A DNA stretch of 64,000 nt from Podarcis tiliguerta (taxonomy: Eukaryota), in NCBI GenBank assembly GCA_965153285.1, contig OZ229115.1. One strand, written 5' to 3'. Every line of letters begins with the position of its first letter. The stretch's first letter is position 1. Positions 39,803 to 51,361 of this stretch are shown here, piece after piece. Under the pieces are notes generated by a model. The model ran no database searches, was not told the origin of the DNA, and saw only the letters and a list, made by a program, of their open reading frames with translations. The position numbers were made by a program, and so were the translations under genes.

Positions 39803-40343
39803 CTGTGGAGAGACATGTCCATGTATTAGAGTCTGCCATTGTTTGCAGAAGTCTCATCATGACTCTTAGAAGCAGAAATGGCAAGCAGTTTAAGAGTACA
39901 TGTGTAGGTGGGGGCAACCCAGCCAGATGGGCGGGGTATAAATAATAAAATTATAAATTATTACTCCAGCCTTGCACCCCATCCTCGACCGGGAGCTCAC
40001 CTAGTGCCTGTTCGTCCACAGGTTCTGTGCTAGAGGCTGCTTTTGTACCAGGAGGACATTTTTCATTTTGGGGGGAGCCTCTCTTCTAACACTAGGGCTA
40101 AACACCTGTCAAATCCTTCAAGATGAGGTGGGGCTACCAGGTGTCCCCGCCATCATTTCTAAGTAGGAAGCTTCCTGTTCAGTTAAGCAAGCTTGTGTCT
40201 GGTCAGCTTGGCCCAATTCCTCTCACTTCCCAGCTCCATTAGGACAGGGGCCCTGAACAGCGAGGGAGACAAAGTTCTCTCCCCCTTCTGAACAGCTTGA
40301 AGTGGAACATTTGTCCCTTGCTGGGAAGGTGTGTCTTTCTCAC

Positions 40344-40473
40344 CATCCTCACAGGTGGGGCAGCAGTGGCCCTTCTCGTAGACTGGATTGACGCAGGGCG
40401 GAGGGGCGCAGTCTGCCACTAGGCAACGAGCGATGCCATCTAGGTCACAGGTACACTGCTCGCACTCTGAGGG
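40344..40473 (-). CDS. VWC2-like gene coding exon 2
   Basis: PSECEQCTCDLDGIARCLVADCAPPPCVNPVYEKGHCCPTCED; acceptor CTCTCACAG, donor GTGAGA; 130 nt. Confidence 0.93.
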
Positions 40474-43113
40474 CTGTGAGAGACAAAGACTGGTCAATAG
40501 AGCAAGGCAGCTTTACGTGGACAGCACACAGTTATGATGATGATGATGCAGCTCCAGAACTATTTTGCATCAGTGGTGCAGAAGCTAATTCTTTTCTGAG
40601 AATTGCATTCCCTTGGGAATCTGTTCAGAATTGCATGCCAGTGGTGTGCTGCTCCAGAGTCAAAGTGGGTAGGGCACCTTCTCTGCTACCCTGTTTCCCT
40701 TCCCCTTTTCCTCCTAATGAAATTAGGCTCAGAGAAATAGGTTACCCATCCATCCGACACCACCATGTTGCAGAATTGACTGGATTTTTGCTGTTCCAGA
40801 TTGAATTAGTCATGTCTTCTGTCTGTAATTTGCAAAGAGATGTGCGTATGCAAGCAGGTGGGGAACTCATGCCTCAGATACTTAATTAGATTAGGCTCCT
40901 GCCTGCATCTTTGCTTACCTGTATCTGTGCTTTAAGTAACAGAGGAAGGGGTGATCACAAGAGACATATAAGGCCCACCATCTTCCTTTTTTTTGTAATG
41001 TGTGAAGAAGCATTCCAAACTGAATGCATAGCCATGGCAGTACTGGGATTATACCATCAGATGGCACTATCAACCAAGAATTGATAGATAATGAGGGAGA
41101 AAAAGCTTCTGTCCCAATCTCCCTTGATTTTGCGTATCTTGTCAGCTCTGGCCAACTCAAGATTACTCTCAAATAATCATGCGGCTGGCCACTGGGGAAA
41201 CTGACTGATCATAAGAAAATGTTGAATAGAGAAAACTGTGAGTGAGTGAGAGATCGTCCTCAGTAGCGCAGAACCATCAGGAATCCCAATATGCTAAAAA
41301 GGCCCATGAATGTGTTTTGGAACCCATTAACCAATCAAGCTCCTCCTTAAAATATCCAGCAAAGGATACTGAAGTCATTTTCAGCACCTCACCTCTCATT
41401 CACCTTCTTACTTGCAAAACATGAGGCTAATTCTAGCCAAGCCACATGCTTTTGTTCTCTGCCCTAAGGGGAAAGTTCCAAGATTCTACCTTCTGTCAAA
41501 TTCCCTCCCTCCTGAACTAATAGGTTGGTTGTCTGATTTCACACCTTCAGGGTGGGTGATGATAAAGACTGGGCTCCACTGAAGTTCAAGTGGTTGCAAA
41601 TAAAAACATTGGTCACTTGCTCTAGATCACTCGTCACAATACTTTAAAATAACAAAGCTGGAAGATGACATCAACATTTAACACCAAAAATCATATCTTA
41701 ATGATATAATTGTCCATGATCATCTTTATAACTCCAGGGAAGGAGATTGCACAACTTCACTGGCAAGTTGATATCTTGTTCTTACTACAAACTTACAGTA
41801 CAAAGGAAAGTGCTTACCCTTCCTAATTACAGAACTTTTCTCTCTCTAGATCTATAGCACTTGTCTTGCTTGTAAGCAAATGCAAGATAACCTACCGGTA
41901 GTTCCAGGAAGTGTTGGGAAGCAGCCCTATATTACTGTATCCACAACCCAGATGTTCTGGACCTAGAGCAAAATCTGGCCATCCCTAGTAAAGAACTGTG
42001 AAGGTTTGGGTGAGCAAAGTATTTTAGGGCAAATTAGGCCCCAGCTGAATGGTTCTGGATAATCAAAAGCTTGCTTGCTATTTTATGATATTTTGGTTGG
42101 CCATAATAAAGTTATTATTTGGGGGGAAATTATGGCTCAGTATGGTTTTGCAGAAAGCAGTTACTTTCTGTGTACCTTTCAATAGAATTTTGTGTTTGGG
42201 TAAATGGGACAGGCCAATAGATAAGTCATCAAAACGACACACAATAATTTGATGTTTAGGTAACAGACAATTCACCTAGGAAGAACTCCACTGCCCATTC
42301 TTTGACTATATGTAGCAACTGGTCCTTTCTTCATCAATACACTTTTTTTTTTTGCAAACACTCAATTCATGCTGTCCAAAGAGGCATGGAGCCCAGAAAT
42401 GGAGGGCTTTGATCTTCCACCTGCAGCCTCAGGGCCAGAATTTGACTCCCTTCGGCTAGTGCAGGCTTAGTGCCAAAAATACTCCTTTCCCCACCCACCC
42501 TCAATTGTCCAAGTCAGCCATGCTAGAGATTGTTTGGTCTGACTCAAGTCCTAAAATAAACTACACACATTTTTGGCAGCAACAGACAATAGCCAGAAGC
42601 AAGGTGCTGAACTGGTCAATGTCAGGCCTAAGAAATGGATGAAAATGAAATTCAGTTAGTCAAAGGATGCTCAGCTAGGTAGTACAGCCAATAAAATTGC
42701 CTTCTGAATTATCAAAGAGCTTTGGTTTTATGGGAACATCTTAAGAGCACCTCCAGCTTCATAGTGCACTTTTGATTTGGTGCTTCTCGCCCACTTTGGA
42801 AAAATGCAATTTATTAGTTTTGTTTGAATTTTCTTTTCCTTCAGCCAGTAACGAACAAACTATAAAGACACAGCCAGCATTCCTGCTTCCAGTCTCTTAC
42901 TCTCCTGCCTAGGCCTCCCTTTCAGAACAAGATTTAAGAAACAAAAGTGACGGCTTGCGATTCTTAGACAGTGCCTTTTTCAGGAGCATTCGCCTTTTCT
43001 CCTGCTTTTGAATATCCTCACTTTGCCATCCATCACATATTCAGCCCTGCCCACCTCGCTCTAGATTTCTTCTCATGCCACCCCTTTGCCTAATTGTCCC
43101 GTGAATGCCTTAC

Positions 43114-43461
43114 CTGGAAATGCTGCCCCAGCTCATACACTTGTCCACGGTGCTCACAGCCAACCCTTTCGCAGCGTGGACAGCAGTCGCTGGGGTAGTG
43201 GCTGACGTGAATGCAGGCAGGTGGCAGAGCGGTGCAGTCCGTGCGGGCGCAGGCGGGCCCCTCCGCTGTGCACTCGCACTGGGTGCAGTGGTCACTGTCC
43301 AGGAAATACCACTCCCCAACGTAGTACAGGCTCCCGTTGGCATCGCACGTGGTCACTGGCCCGGCCAGTCCTGGGATGGGCACCAGAGTCAGCAGCAGCG
43401 CTAAGCTCAGCTGTGCCAACGGAAAGGGCATCGCTGAACTCGAGGGACAGATGCCGGGCAT
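43114..43461 (-). CDS. VWC2-like gene coding exon 1 (signal peptide, VWC1, start of VWC2)
   Basis: MPFPLAQLSLALLLTLVPIPGLAG-PVTTCDANGSLYYVGEWYF...CTQCEC...CCPRC...LGQHFQ; donor GTAAGG; start ATG ambiguous (43461 or 43431). Confidence 0.9.
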
Positions 43462-43469
43462 GGGAGTTG

Positions 43470-44410
43470 GCGAGAGGGAGGAGCAGAGCAGCAGCAGCAG
43501 TAGGGAAGCGAAGCGGAGGAGAGCTGGCGGGGAAAGTGGGCATCCAGTCTGCCCCAACGCCGCCTGCGGGGTACCGCCGGGAGGTTGCCTGCTGAAGCTG
43601 CGGCTAAGAACCGCCCTGGCGCGCCTCGGCCTTTGTGCAGCCGCCGCCCGGCCCGGCCCGCCCCTTCTTGCAACCCGAGCCCGCCCAGGGGCACAGCACC
43701 CCCTCCCCAACGGAGCGGGCGGGACCGGGGCGGTGGGAGGGACCTGGCCCCCTATCTGCACCTCAGGAAAAGCCTGCTAAGAAAAGTCTGCTGTGCTCCC
43801 TCTCCAAACCCCTCGAACACTCATCCGGGGAGCGAATGCTGCGTCTCCCCAGTTCCCAGTCTCCGCGGCCTCCAAAACACGCGCGGCGCTGGATCTCTCC
43901 CCCCCCCCCCCCGCCGCCCCTCTTATTCCTAGGAACATTAATGGGCAAAGAAATAAGTTTCTCAATACTGTACTGTTGGCCAAAGCGTAAAGCCAGTGGA
44001 ACCCCTCCCGGATGAAAACTGGCCGACGTGTGGCTTCTCTTTACCTCCGATTGCTTGGGTGCAAGCGCGGGCGCGCCAAGAGCGTCAACGCACACGTTTC
44101 CTTCCCCCAGGACCCCCGTCTCCACGCTCGACCGACATCCTGTCTGCCTCGTGGGCACGGCTCCTTTAAGAGGCGAGGCTTCAGAGGAACGCGGCGGGGC
44201 GTTTCCATGGAGACGGCGAGTTTATATTCCTGAGAGTTAGAGGGTGGAGGGGGCTCGGCTAGGGCAAGACGCCTGGCCCTCCGCCCCTCCGCCCGGTGTC
44301 GCAGGTGAGGGCTACCGCAGAGTTATGCCCGTGAGTCCGTAGGGAGTGAGGAAGTGTGGGGAGAGTAAAAGGTCTGGGGCGGAAGTGGGCTCGGTGGGCC
44401 GAGACGTAGG
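43470..44410. promoter_or_regulatory. Bidirectional CpG-island promoter (VWC2-like gene / CCDC24); CCDC24 non-coding exon 1 ends at 44304
   Basis: CpG-rich region between divergent genes; GC boxes near 44280-44293; donor CAG|GTGAGG at 44305. Confidence 0.75.
44201..44214. promoter_or_regulatory. RFX X-box
   Basis: GTTTCCATGGAGAC, a near-palindromic 14-mer matching the RFX consensus, just upstream of CCDC24 exon 1. Confidence 0.7.
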
Positions 44411-44479
44411 TGAGCAACTATGCACTGGGAAGCAACTATGGGGAGGGATAATGGGCAATAGGTTACATTTGGGGCTATA

Positions 44480-44622
44480 AACAACTACCTGACATTCAGA
44501 AGACATCTGAAGGCAGCCCTTTTCAGGGAAGTTTTTAATGTGTGACATTTTAATGTATTTTTAATTTTTGTTGGAAGCCGCCCAGAGTGGCTGGGAAAAC
44601 CCAGCCAGATGGGTGGGGTACA

Positions 44623-44652
<30 letters not shown>
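44480..44652 (+). mobile_element. 5'-truncated L2-like LINE 3' end with (AAT)n tail
   Basis: GGAAGCCGCCCAGAGTGGCTGGG...CCCAGCCAGATGGG...AAATAATAATAAT; a shorter copy of the same tail lies at about 39911-39955. Confidence 0.7.
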
Positions 44653-44653
<1 letters not shown>

Positions 44654-45286
44654 TAACAGGAATTAGTGTGACTCTCGAGATTAATGTGAGGGGATGAATA
44701 TGGGGAGCAAGAAAAATTATATGCTCTTATTCTCTGGTGGCCCACGTGTTAGAAATATGATTTGTAGACAATCGTGCAACTCAGGGGGAAAGTACAGAGC
44801 ACCATAAAAATGGGGCACCTCAAATGGCCATCTAGAGAGTGTCAGGTGATGGAGTCAGGAACAAACGACCTGTGGCAGCACCTGGGCTGGCATGGGCATG
44901 TTGTGGTCTATTGGCGCTGATGGTAGTCACAGCGGCATCCTTATTTTCTACAACAGTTTTAGTCAGAGGGTGGTTATCATGTACACGGCACTCGGTTCTA
45001 TTTTTTACTTTTACTTTCATCCTTGGTGCTCCCCACCCCCATAAATATGTTTAACATCAGGGCAGCAGAAGCAAACTCCATTGTATTCCTGTAATGCTAG
45101 TGCTATGACTTAAGTGAGTTTAGAATGTGAAACTGTACATGCTCAGAGTATTTCACAACCATTTATCTATTGTGCTAATGTATCAGGAATGTAGGAGCAG
45201 TTATAAAACATCGAATGGCTTACCTTACAACTGACAGCTGACAAATGTAGTATGTGTGGCTGTCTAATGGGAGAGGGGTGTAAAAC

Positions 45287-45484
45287 CATGGATGTGGCCA
45301 GGATTTTAGTTGGGGACGAACAAAGTTGTTGGGCTTTTCTTGGGAAATCATGGGTAAAAATACCTCATAAATAGGACATTGTGGGGGGCCAGGCTTCTGT
45401 TTGGGGGGGCAGAACCTCAGATATTTGAATACTTTCAATGCTTTTCAATAATATTTGTGAATCTTGGGAGGGCAGCAGCCCATG
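45287..45484. mobile_element. hAT-like non-autonomous element
   Basis: CATGG...CCATG termini; perfect 8-bp TSD TGTAAAAC. Confidence 0.7.
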
Positions 45485-45639
45485 TGTAAAACCATTAAGT
45501 TCAGTGTCTAAAAGTACCTAGGTGCACCACTGCTTGTTGCACCGAGTAGTTGTGAAGTGGAGCTTCTACTCACTGTCTCATTGGCACAATCTTTTTTTCT
45601 TTTAAAGCCTCATTTATTGTGGAACCGGATACAGCACCC

Positions 45640-45795
45640 ATGTTGCCCTTGCCTGGTGCATGTGGGGAATCCTTGCAGTCCGTGCCATCACTCTGGACAA
45701 TGGTAGAGGAACAATTGGCACCCAGTGAGAGGCTTGAGGCGAAAGCTATCTTGGGTCATGGCCTTGTGGAACGGAGCTTGGAACTTCATGCTGAG
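45640..45795 (+). CDS. CCDC24: CCDC24 coding exon 1 (exon starts about 45608)
   Basis: MLPLPG...PSLWTMVEEQLAPSERLEAKAILGHGLVERSLELHAE; donor GTTAAG. Confidence 0.88.
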
Positions 45796-47548
45796 GTTAA
45801 GTACCGAAATACTGGATCTCCTATTCAAAATGATTCACAAAAGAGCAGAACAAACAAACAAACCACCCCTCTTATTACACAATTTAGAAGTGGCTGGTGA
45901 CAAAGGGATATCTGAATAAAGCATCAAATCTAGGTCTCATCAGCTAAAGGGGCAGCACTAATTTTGCAAGGGGATTTGACTGATGAAAGGGCCCGCCTTT
46001 CGTGTCTATAGATTGAGTGGAGTGGACTGAGTGCTAAAATTGAGTGGAGCTGAGGGGGGCTTATAAATTGTATTAAGCCCCCTTCCACTGAGCACTGGCC
46101 ACTAGTTTTGGCATACATGCATTTTCATATAGAGTAGTATTCATGTCTTTGATAATCTTGTATGGAGAAAACTTCTGGTTTGCCACTTACATCTGCTTTG
46201 AGTGCTGTTTAATTTCAGTGAAAGGAAATCATATCTGAGAAGGCAAGTCAAGGAGGGGATAAAATATTGCAACCACCCCCTCCCTGTTTGACAAGGTCCC
46301 CCGATTGCCAGCTCCCAGCTCAGCTGGTTCCTAATGCTTGGCCAGAGCCCCTAATCCATGCTATCCCAGGCCCTTTGTTCTCCTCCAGCCATTCATGCCC
46401 TTTCTTTATTCAGCATGGTCCTGACTGCAGCTGAGAAGAACAGTAAACATCCCAGAGGCTTTTCACATGGTAATTGCCTTACCTCCTCCTGAAACCAGAA
46501 AAGCAAGCACAGCACACCCTGACAAGATGGCACCTTTTTCACTCTATCACTTCTTCATGTTAGAGCTTTGCTTGAGATCCAGCCCCCCCCCAACATTGTG
46601 ACCAGTGACCCCCTCCCCAGCCTTTATGGGGTCTTTCACCTGGCTGTCTATTACCTCTTCATCACAAGCCTGATAAATGTGGCCCAGGTACTGCCTGTCT
46701 CCCTGCTGTGTTCTTGTATGTGTCTCTGCTCCCCTCCCCAATTGGATATCCGAGAGGCCGCCCAGGGAAGCAGCTGTACCATAACGTTCCTCTTGTGGAT
46801 GTGTGGGGCCAGAAAGGGAGTTCTGGCGCTTGCTTGCCTTACAAATATCCTGCAGATATTTTTGCGGCATGACCTTGACTTTCCTCATGGGGGGAGGGAG
46901 AGAATGATTGTGGGTGGGCTGTCTGCAGCTTTGCACCTTTTATGGAGTGTACAGACAGCAACAATGCAGTGCCCTCTTGCCAATTACATTGGAATGACAG
47001 TGTCCTGGCTGGTGTTCTTTGCCCACTTTCTGCGAAAGGTTTTTTTTAAAAAAACCTAAAAACTTCACTCTTAATCCTAAAATACTCTTCACATAAACTA
47101 ATAGCCTCATAGTCTGTTCCCAGTCTTTGGGGACATGCAACGTTTTACTGAATTCAGTGTGCTCTCACACACATTTATCACATCTGAGGCATCTTTTATT
47201 CCCTTGATGCATGACATACTTCCGAAAAGTTGTCAGTTCCCTGACTGTGGCCTTTATGAAATGTAATTGTCTACCATCAGGTGAGTAATTAACCCATGGC
47301 TAGGTATTGGTTTTCTTTTCTTGCAGGCAGGCACCTGGCTTGATTTCCAGGTTTGCAGAATAGCAATACTGGGAATGGGAGTGCAACTTGTATTTTTAGG
47401 TTTTGTCAGTGCTTTATCATTTGGGGAGGTGGAGGGTGGGGGAAAGGTAACTTTGAGAAAGTTATTGCAGTTTGTGTCAATGTGCACATGTGTGAATTTC
47501 TGCATGTGGCTATGCACTAATGCAGTCCAACCCCTTCCCTATTTACAG

Positions 47549-47733
47549 GTGCGGACACTGTTGGAATTCCATCAGGAGTTGCAGTCAGGCCGCCTTGGAG
47601 TGGAACAAAGCCCACTGCAAGCAGCTGACAGCTGGGCCTTGCTGGCAGCTCCCCCCAACCTCAAGGAGCTGGTGAGGGAGGAGATCCGCCTTCTTCTAAT
47701 TGGCCTACAGCAGAAGGCATCGCAGGAGGGCAG
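47549..47733 (+). CDS. CCDC24: CCDC24 coding exon 2
   Basis: VRTLLEFHQE...LLAAPPNLKELVREEIRLLLIGLQQKASQEG; AG/GT boundaries. Confidence 0.92.
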
Positions 47734-49488
47734 GTACTGGAGATTGGAAGAGAAGGGACTTGAGATAATTAAGGGCTGAGTTGAGGGGGAGCAGATAGTA
47801 GGGATAGAAGAAAAGCAAGCAGAATATATTAAGACCTGAAGCCTATTCAATATAAGAATGAGCCCATTAGTTTCCAACTGATGTGGCTGGTGGCATTTAT
47901 GTGTGCGGAATGGGTGAGTTTTATATCATCTTTTGGCCAAAGCAGTCTAGATTGAGGAAGCCATAACTATTTGTTATGAGAGGCTTAGAATTTCATGGGA
48001 CAAATCAGTTAGGAGGCTAGACAATAACTTGATTGTCTCTCTTAACAAGAACAGGATGGGGGAAACCTCTGATTCCACTCAGATATAAATAAGTCCAGTG
48101 CCACCTAGTGACTAAACTATATATTTACACTATTGACACAGTATTCTTTCTCCCTTTGCCTTCTAAGGGTGACTGTTCCAGAAATGCTTACTAGGAAATA
48201 TCAGCTCCAATGCAATTTAATTTGAAGTTCCAGTATAGTTTCAACATGATTGCCACTCAGATGGCCAATGTCCAGCAAAAATAACCTGTGCCAAACATAT
48301 GTTTGCACCATACACCTCCATCTGTAACTTGCGCTCCCCATTCAAGTGCAGCTTGTCAGTTTGTGTGTCTCTCTAGTCTTTATCTGTAGAATTAATTCCA
48401 GCCTTACATTCCTATTCTTTGGGTCTCAATCATATAGCCTTTGTCATTCCCACTTAGCTCCCTTACATCATGCAGGAATCGCATTGCTGAGCGCCTCTAT
48501 CAAGAATGCCAGTCCTGCTAGTGGGTTTGTTTTTTATGGTGTGTTCAGCCCGTAGCCTGAGGCTGGGATTATGTCCCACCTCCAAGTTCAAAGTGAGCAT
48601 TCATCCGAGTGAGCACTGGGATCAGCACCTGCTGGAACCCTTGCCTGAGGATTTGCTCTCTGCCTTAGCCCTGTGTAACCAACGAATAGCTCAGTGAAGG
48701 CACGGATTAGAACAGGCTGGCTAGTAAGGGATGAGCTCTCAAACTCCTCATGCTGGAGTTGTTTGTACCATGTTGCCATATCAGAGAATCCCTTCACACC
48801 CTTCAAACCTTTCTACTATCTCTGTCACAACCTGAAATTCTGCATTTGTTACTTACTTTCAAATAGCTCCCCTCTTGTTGAATTGACATGAGCACAGGTC
48901 ATGGCTCCCTGTGTGCTGCCTAGAACTGGGTCCAATGAATGGCCTGAGGGCTGCATGTAGCCCTCAAGGCCTGTTTTGTTGGCCCTGGGCAACATTTGAC
49001 ACCCTCCCCAGCCCTCATGCTGCCTTCCCAAAGCCAGATAAGCAAGGCACTAGGCTTAGCGAAGGAGGTGTAAAGGATCTGGCAGGGTCCTAGAGTCCTC
49101 CTGTCTCCTGCCCAAAGCCTAATTACTGCTTCCCTGGAGTGCTCTAGGACTCTCCCAAAGCCCGTTGTCTCACTTAGCTGGCTTTGGGAAGGCAGGGCAA
49201 GGACTGGGGGGTGGCATCAAATTTTTGCCTCAGTCTCCCCACTGCACAATACAGTATGTGTTCTCTTGGTTCTGTGTCAAACTACTTTTGTGGTCTACTT
49301 GGTATGGAAAATTGGACCTCACTGGGCTCTTTAGTCTAGCTTGTTTTTCCTTTTAAGCTTCTATGCATTCCAGCTACTGGGTGGTTTTGTGACCCAGCAC
49401 TGCCACCAACTGGTCTTCTCTTGTCCTTGTCATCCCAAAGACTGGGGATGAACAATTGCCTTATGGTTGTACGTTTTCTGCTTCACAG

Positions 49489-49596
49489 GAACCAAGATTG
49501 TGCCATCGCTAAATACAGCCCTCATGTGGTCACCTTTGCCCTGAAGGCAAATGCTGGCAATAGTCAGTCTTCATCTGGGAGCAGTGCCCTAGTCAG
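49489..49596 (+). CDS. CCDC24: CCDC24 coding exon 3
   Basis: NQDCAIAKYSPHVVTFALK...; acceptor CTTCACAG, donor GTAAGA. Confidence 0.88.
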
Positions 49597-50483
49597 GTAA
49601 GACTGAAGGAAGCTGCAGCCTCCACACAATGAGCTTCTGGGCTGTAACTTGTTCTTACCCAGAACACCATGAACTGTATCACCACAGGAGGTCTCAGAAT
49701 CCAGGACTGATTTTGTCTTTAGGAAGCCTAACATCATAGAGTGCCATATGCCATAGACTTAGAAACCTAGCAGCGATTTGTTCTTTTTGCATCCATGGGC
49801 AGTTTGGGGCTGATCACTGTTATCCCATTTGATCCTCATACAAGTTTCAGGAGCGGGGACTTGCAATGTGTTGGCCTCCGTGCTGGTTTCAGTCCCATTG
49901 TGGTATTAATCTAGAAATGTGTTTGTATTATTTATATAGACATGCATATTATGCACATGTAGAATTAGCAGTGGTGTGCCCACTTAAATTATAAGTCTCC
50001 ATTTTGGATAGAACCTTAATGTTAAGTCAGAGAGGCCGTGAAATTACAGACTCAGCCAGCAAAGATGGAGCAATATCAGTGCAGTGGGGAGACCCATTGA
50101 GGAAGAAGAAATCTTTGTGCAGGGCTTCCACTGACAGAGATGGTTAGGTGAATCCCACCCCTAGTATGTTTTCCTTTTATATCTAGTTGAAGAAACTAAG
50201 AGCAGTCTAAAGATAGACTAATAACTTGTGCTAATCATAAAACAACATCAACAGAGCTGTGCTGGATCAATCCAAAGGCCCATCTATTCCTACATCCTGC
50301 TCTCACATTGGCCAGCCAGGAGCCTATAGAAAGCCTATAAGCTGGACCTACTGCAACAGTGGTCTTCACACTTGTGATTACCAGCAACTGGTATTCAGAG
50401 GCATATTGCCTCTGTCAGTGGAGGCAGAATATAGCCATCACAGCAAGCTGCCACTAATAACCTTTTCTTCCATGAATTTGTAT

Positions 50484-50634
50484 CATAGGTGCCAACTCCC
50501 TGGGTGCCCGAGCACCCACAAAATTCCTCATGAAGTGGCCAGGCACCCACAAATTTTGGTGCCAGGGCCATGCACACTGCATGGCACCCACAGCCCTGGG
50601 CACCCACAGTTGCGGGGCCAAGCTGGCACTTGTG
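50484..50634. mobile_element. hAT-like MITE nested in CR1
   Basis: Imperfect TIR CATAGGTGCCAACT / AGCTGGCACTTGTG; GCACCCAC subrepeats; degenerate TSD ATTTGTAT / ATCTGTAA. Confidence 0.65.
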
Positions 50635-50851
50635 ATCTGTAATAATATTTTAGAGCCAACTTAGTTGGTGGCCATCACTACATTTTGTGGGAGTGAATTC
50701 CATAATTCAGCTGTGCGCTGTGTGAAGAAGTACTTACTTTTGTCTGTGCTGAATCTTCCAACATTCAGTTTCATTGGATGGCCCTGGGTTCTAGTATTTT
50801 GAGTGGGGCATTTTTCTCCCCCTATCCTCTTCCTTCATACCATGCATAATC

Positions 50852-50946
50852 TTACACTACTGTCATATATCCCTTTACACTACTGTCATATATCCCTTTA
50901 CGCTACTGTCATATATCCCTTTACACTACCGCCATATATCCCTTTA
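50852..50946 (+). repeat. Minisatellite, 23-bp unit x4
   Basis: TTACACTACTGTCATATATCCCT repeated four times with 0-2 mismatches. Confidence 0.95.
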
Positions 50947-51135
50947 TTTGCCTTTTATCTTAACTAAAAAGCCCCAAATCTTGTAACCTTTCCTCATAGG
51001 GGAGTTGCTCCACCCCTTTGACCATTTTGGTAGCTCTTTTCTGAACCTTTTCCAGCTCTGCAATATCCTTTTTGAGGTGAGGCAGCCTGAACGGTACACG
51101 GTATTCCAAGTGTGGTGTCACAATCAATTTGTATA

Positions 51136-51361
51136 CAGTGGTACCTCTGGTTAATAACTTAATTCATTCCGGAGGTCCATTCTTAACCTGAAACTGTTCT
51201 TAACCTGAGATACCACTTTAGCTAATGGGGCCTCCCACTGCTGCTGCACCACCGGAGCACGATTTCTGTTCTCATCCTGAAGCAAAGTTCTTAACCTGAG
51301 GTACTATTTCTGGGTTAGCGGAGTCTGTAACCTGAAGCATCTGTAACCCGAGGTACCACTG
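51136..51361. mobile_element. Tc1/mariner (Tigger/pogo-like) MITE nested in CR1
   Basis: TIR CAGTGGTACCTC / GAGGTACCACTG with TA on both sides; internal TAACCTGA subrepeats. Confidence 0.9.

Larger units (their letters stand above)
39618..43461 (-). other. Gene model: secreted von Willebrand factor C domain protein, Brorin/VWC2/VWC2L-like (220 aa from ATG 43461, 210 aa from ATG 43431)
   Basis: complement(join(39618-39802,40344-40473,43114-43461)) = 663 nt with no frameshift or stop; signal peptide, two 10-Cys VWC domains and a 6-Cys C-terminal module. Confidence 0.92.

Noticed and set aside
39618-43461. Assigning the symbol VWC2 or VWC2L to the VWC gene
   Set aside because: Sequence and genomic neighbourhood differ from both as I recall them, so orthology cannot be claimed without a phylogeny.
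46547-47059. 163-aa and 129-aa opposing ORFs in CCDC24 intron 2
   Set aside because: No recognisable domain or splice fit with the CCDC24 model; more likely repeat-derived or chance ORFs.
50852-50946. Possible CRISPR-like array
   Set aside because: The units are contiguous with no spacers, and the genome is eukaryotic; it is a minisatellite.
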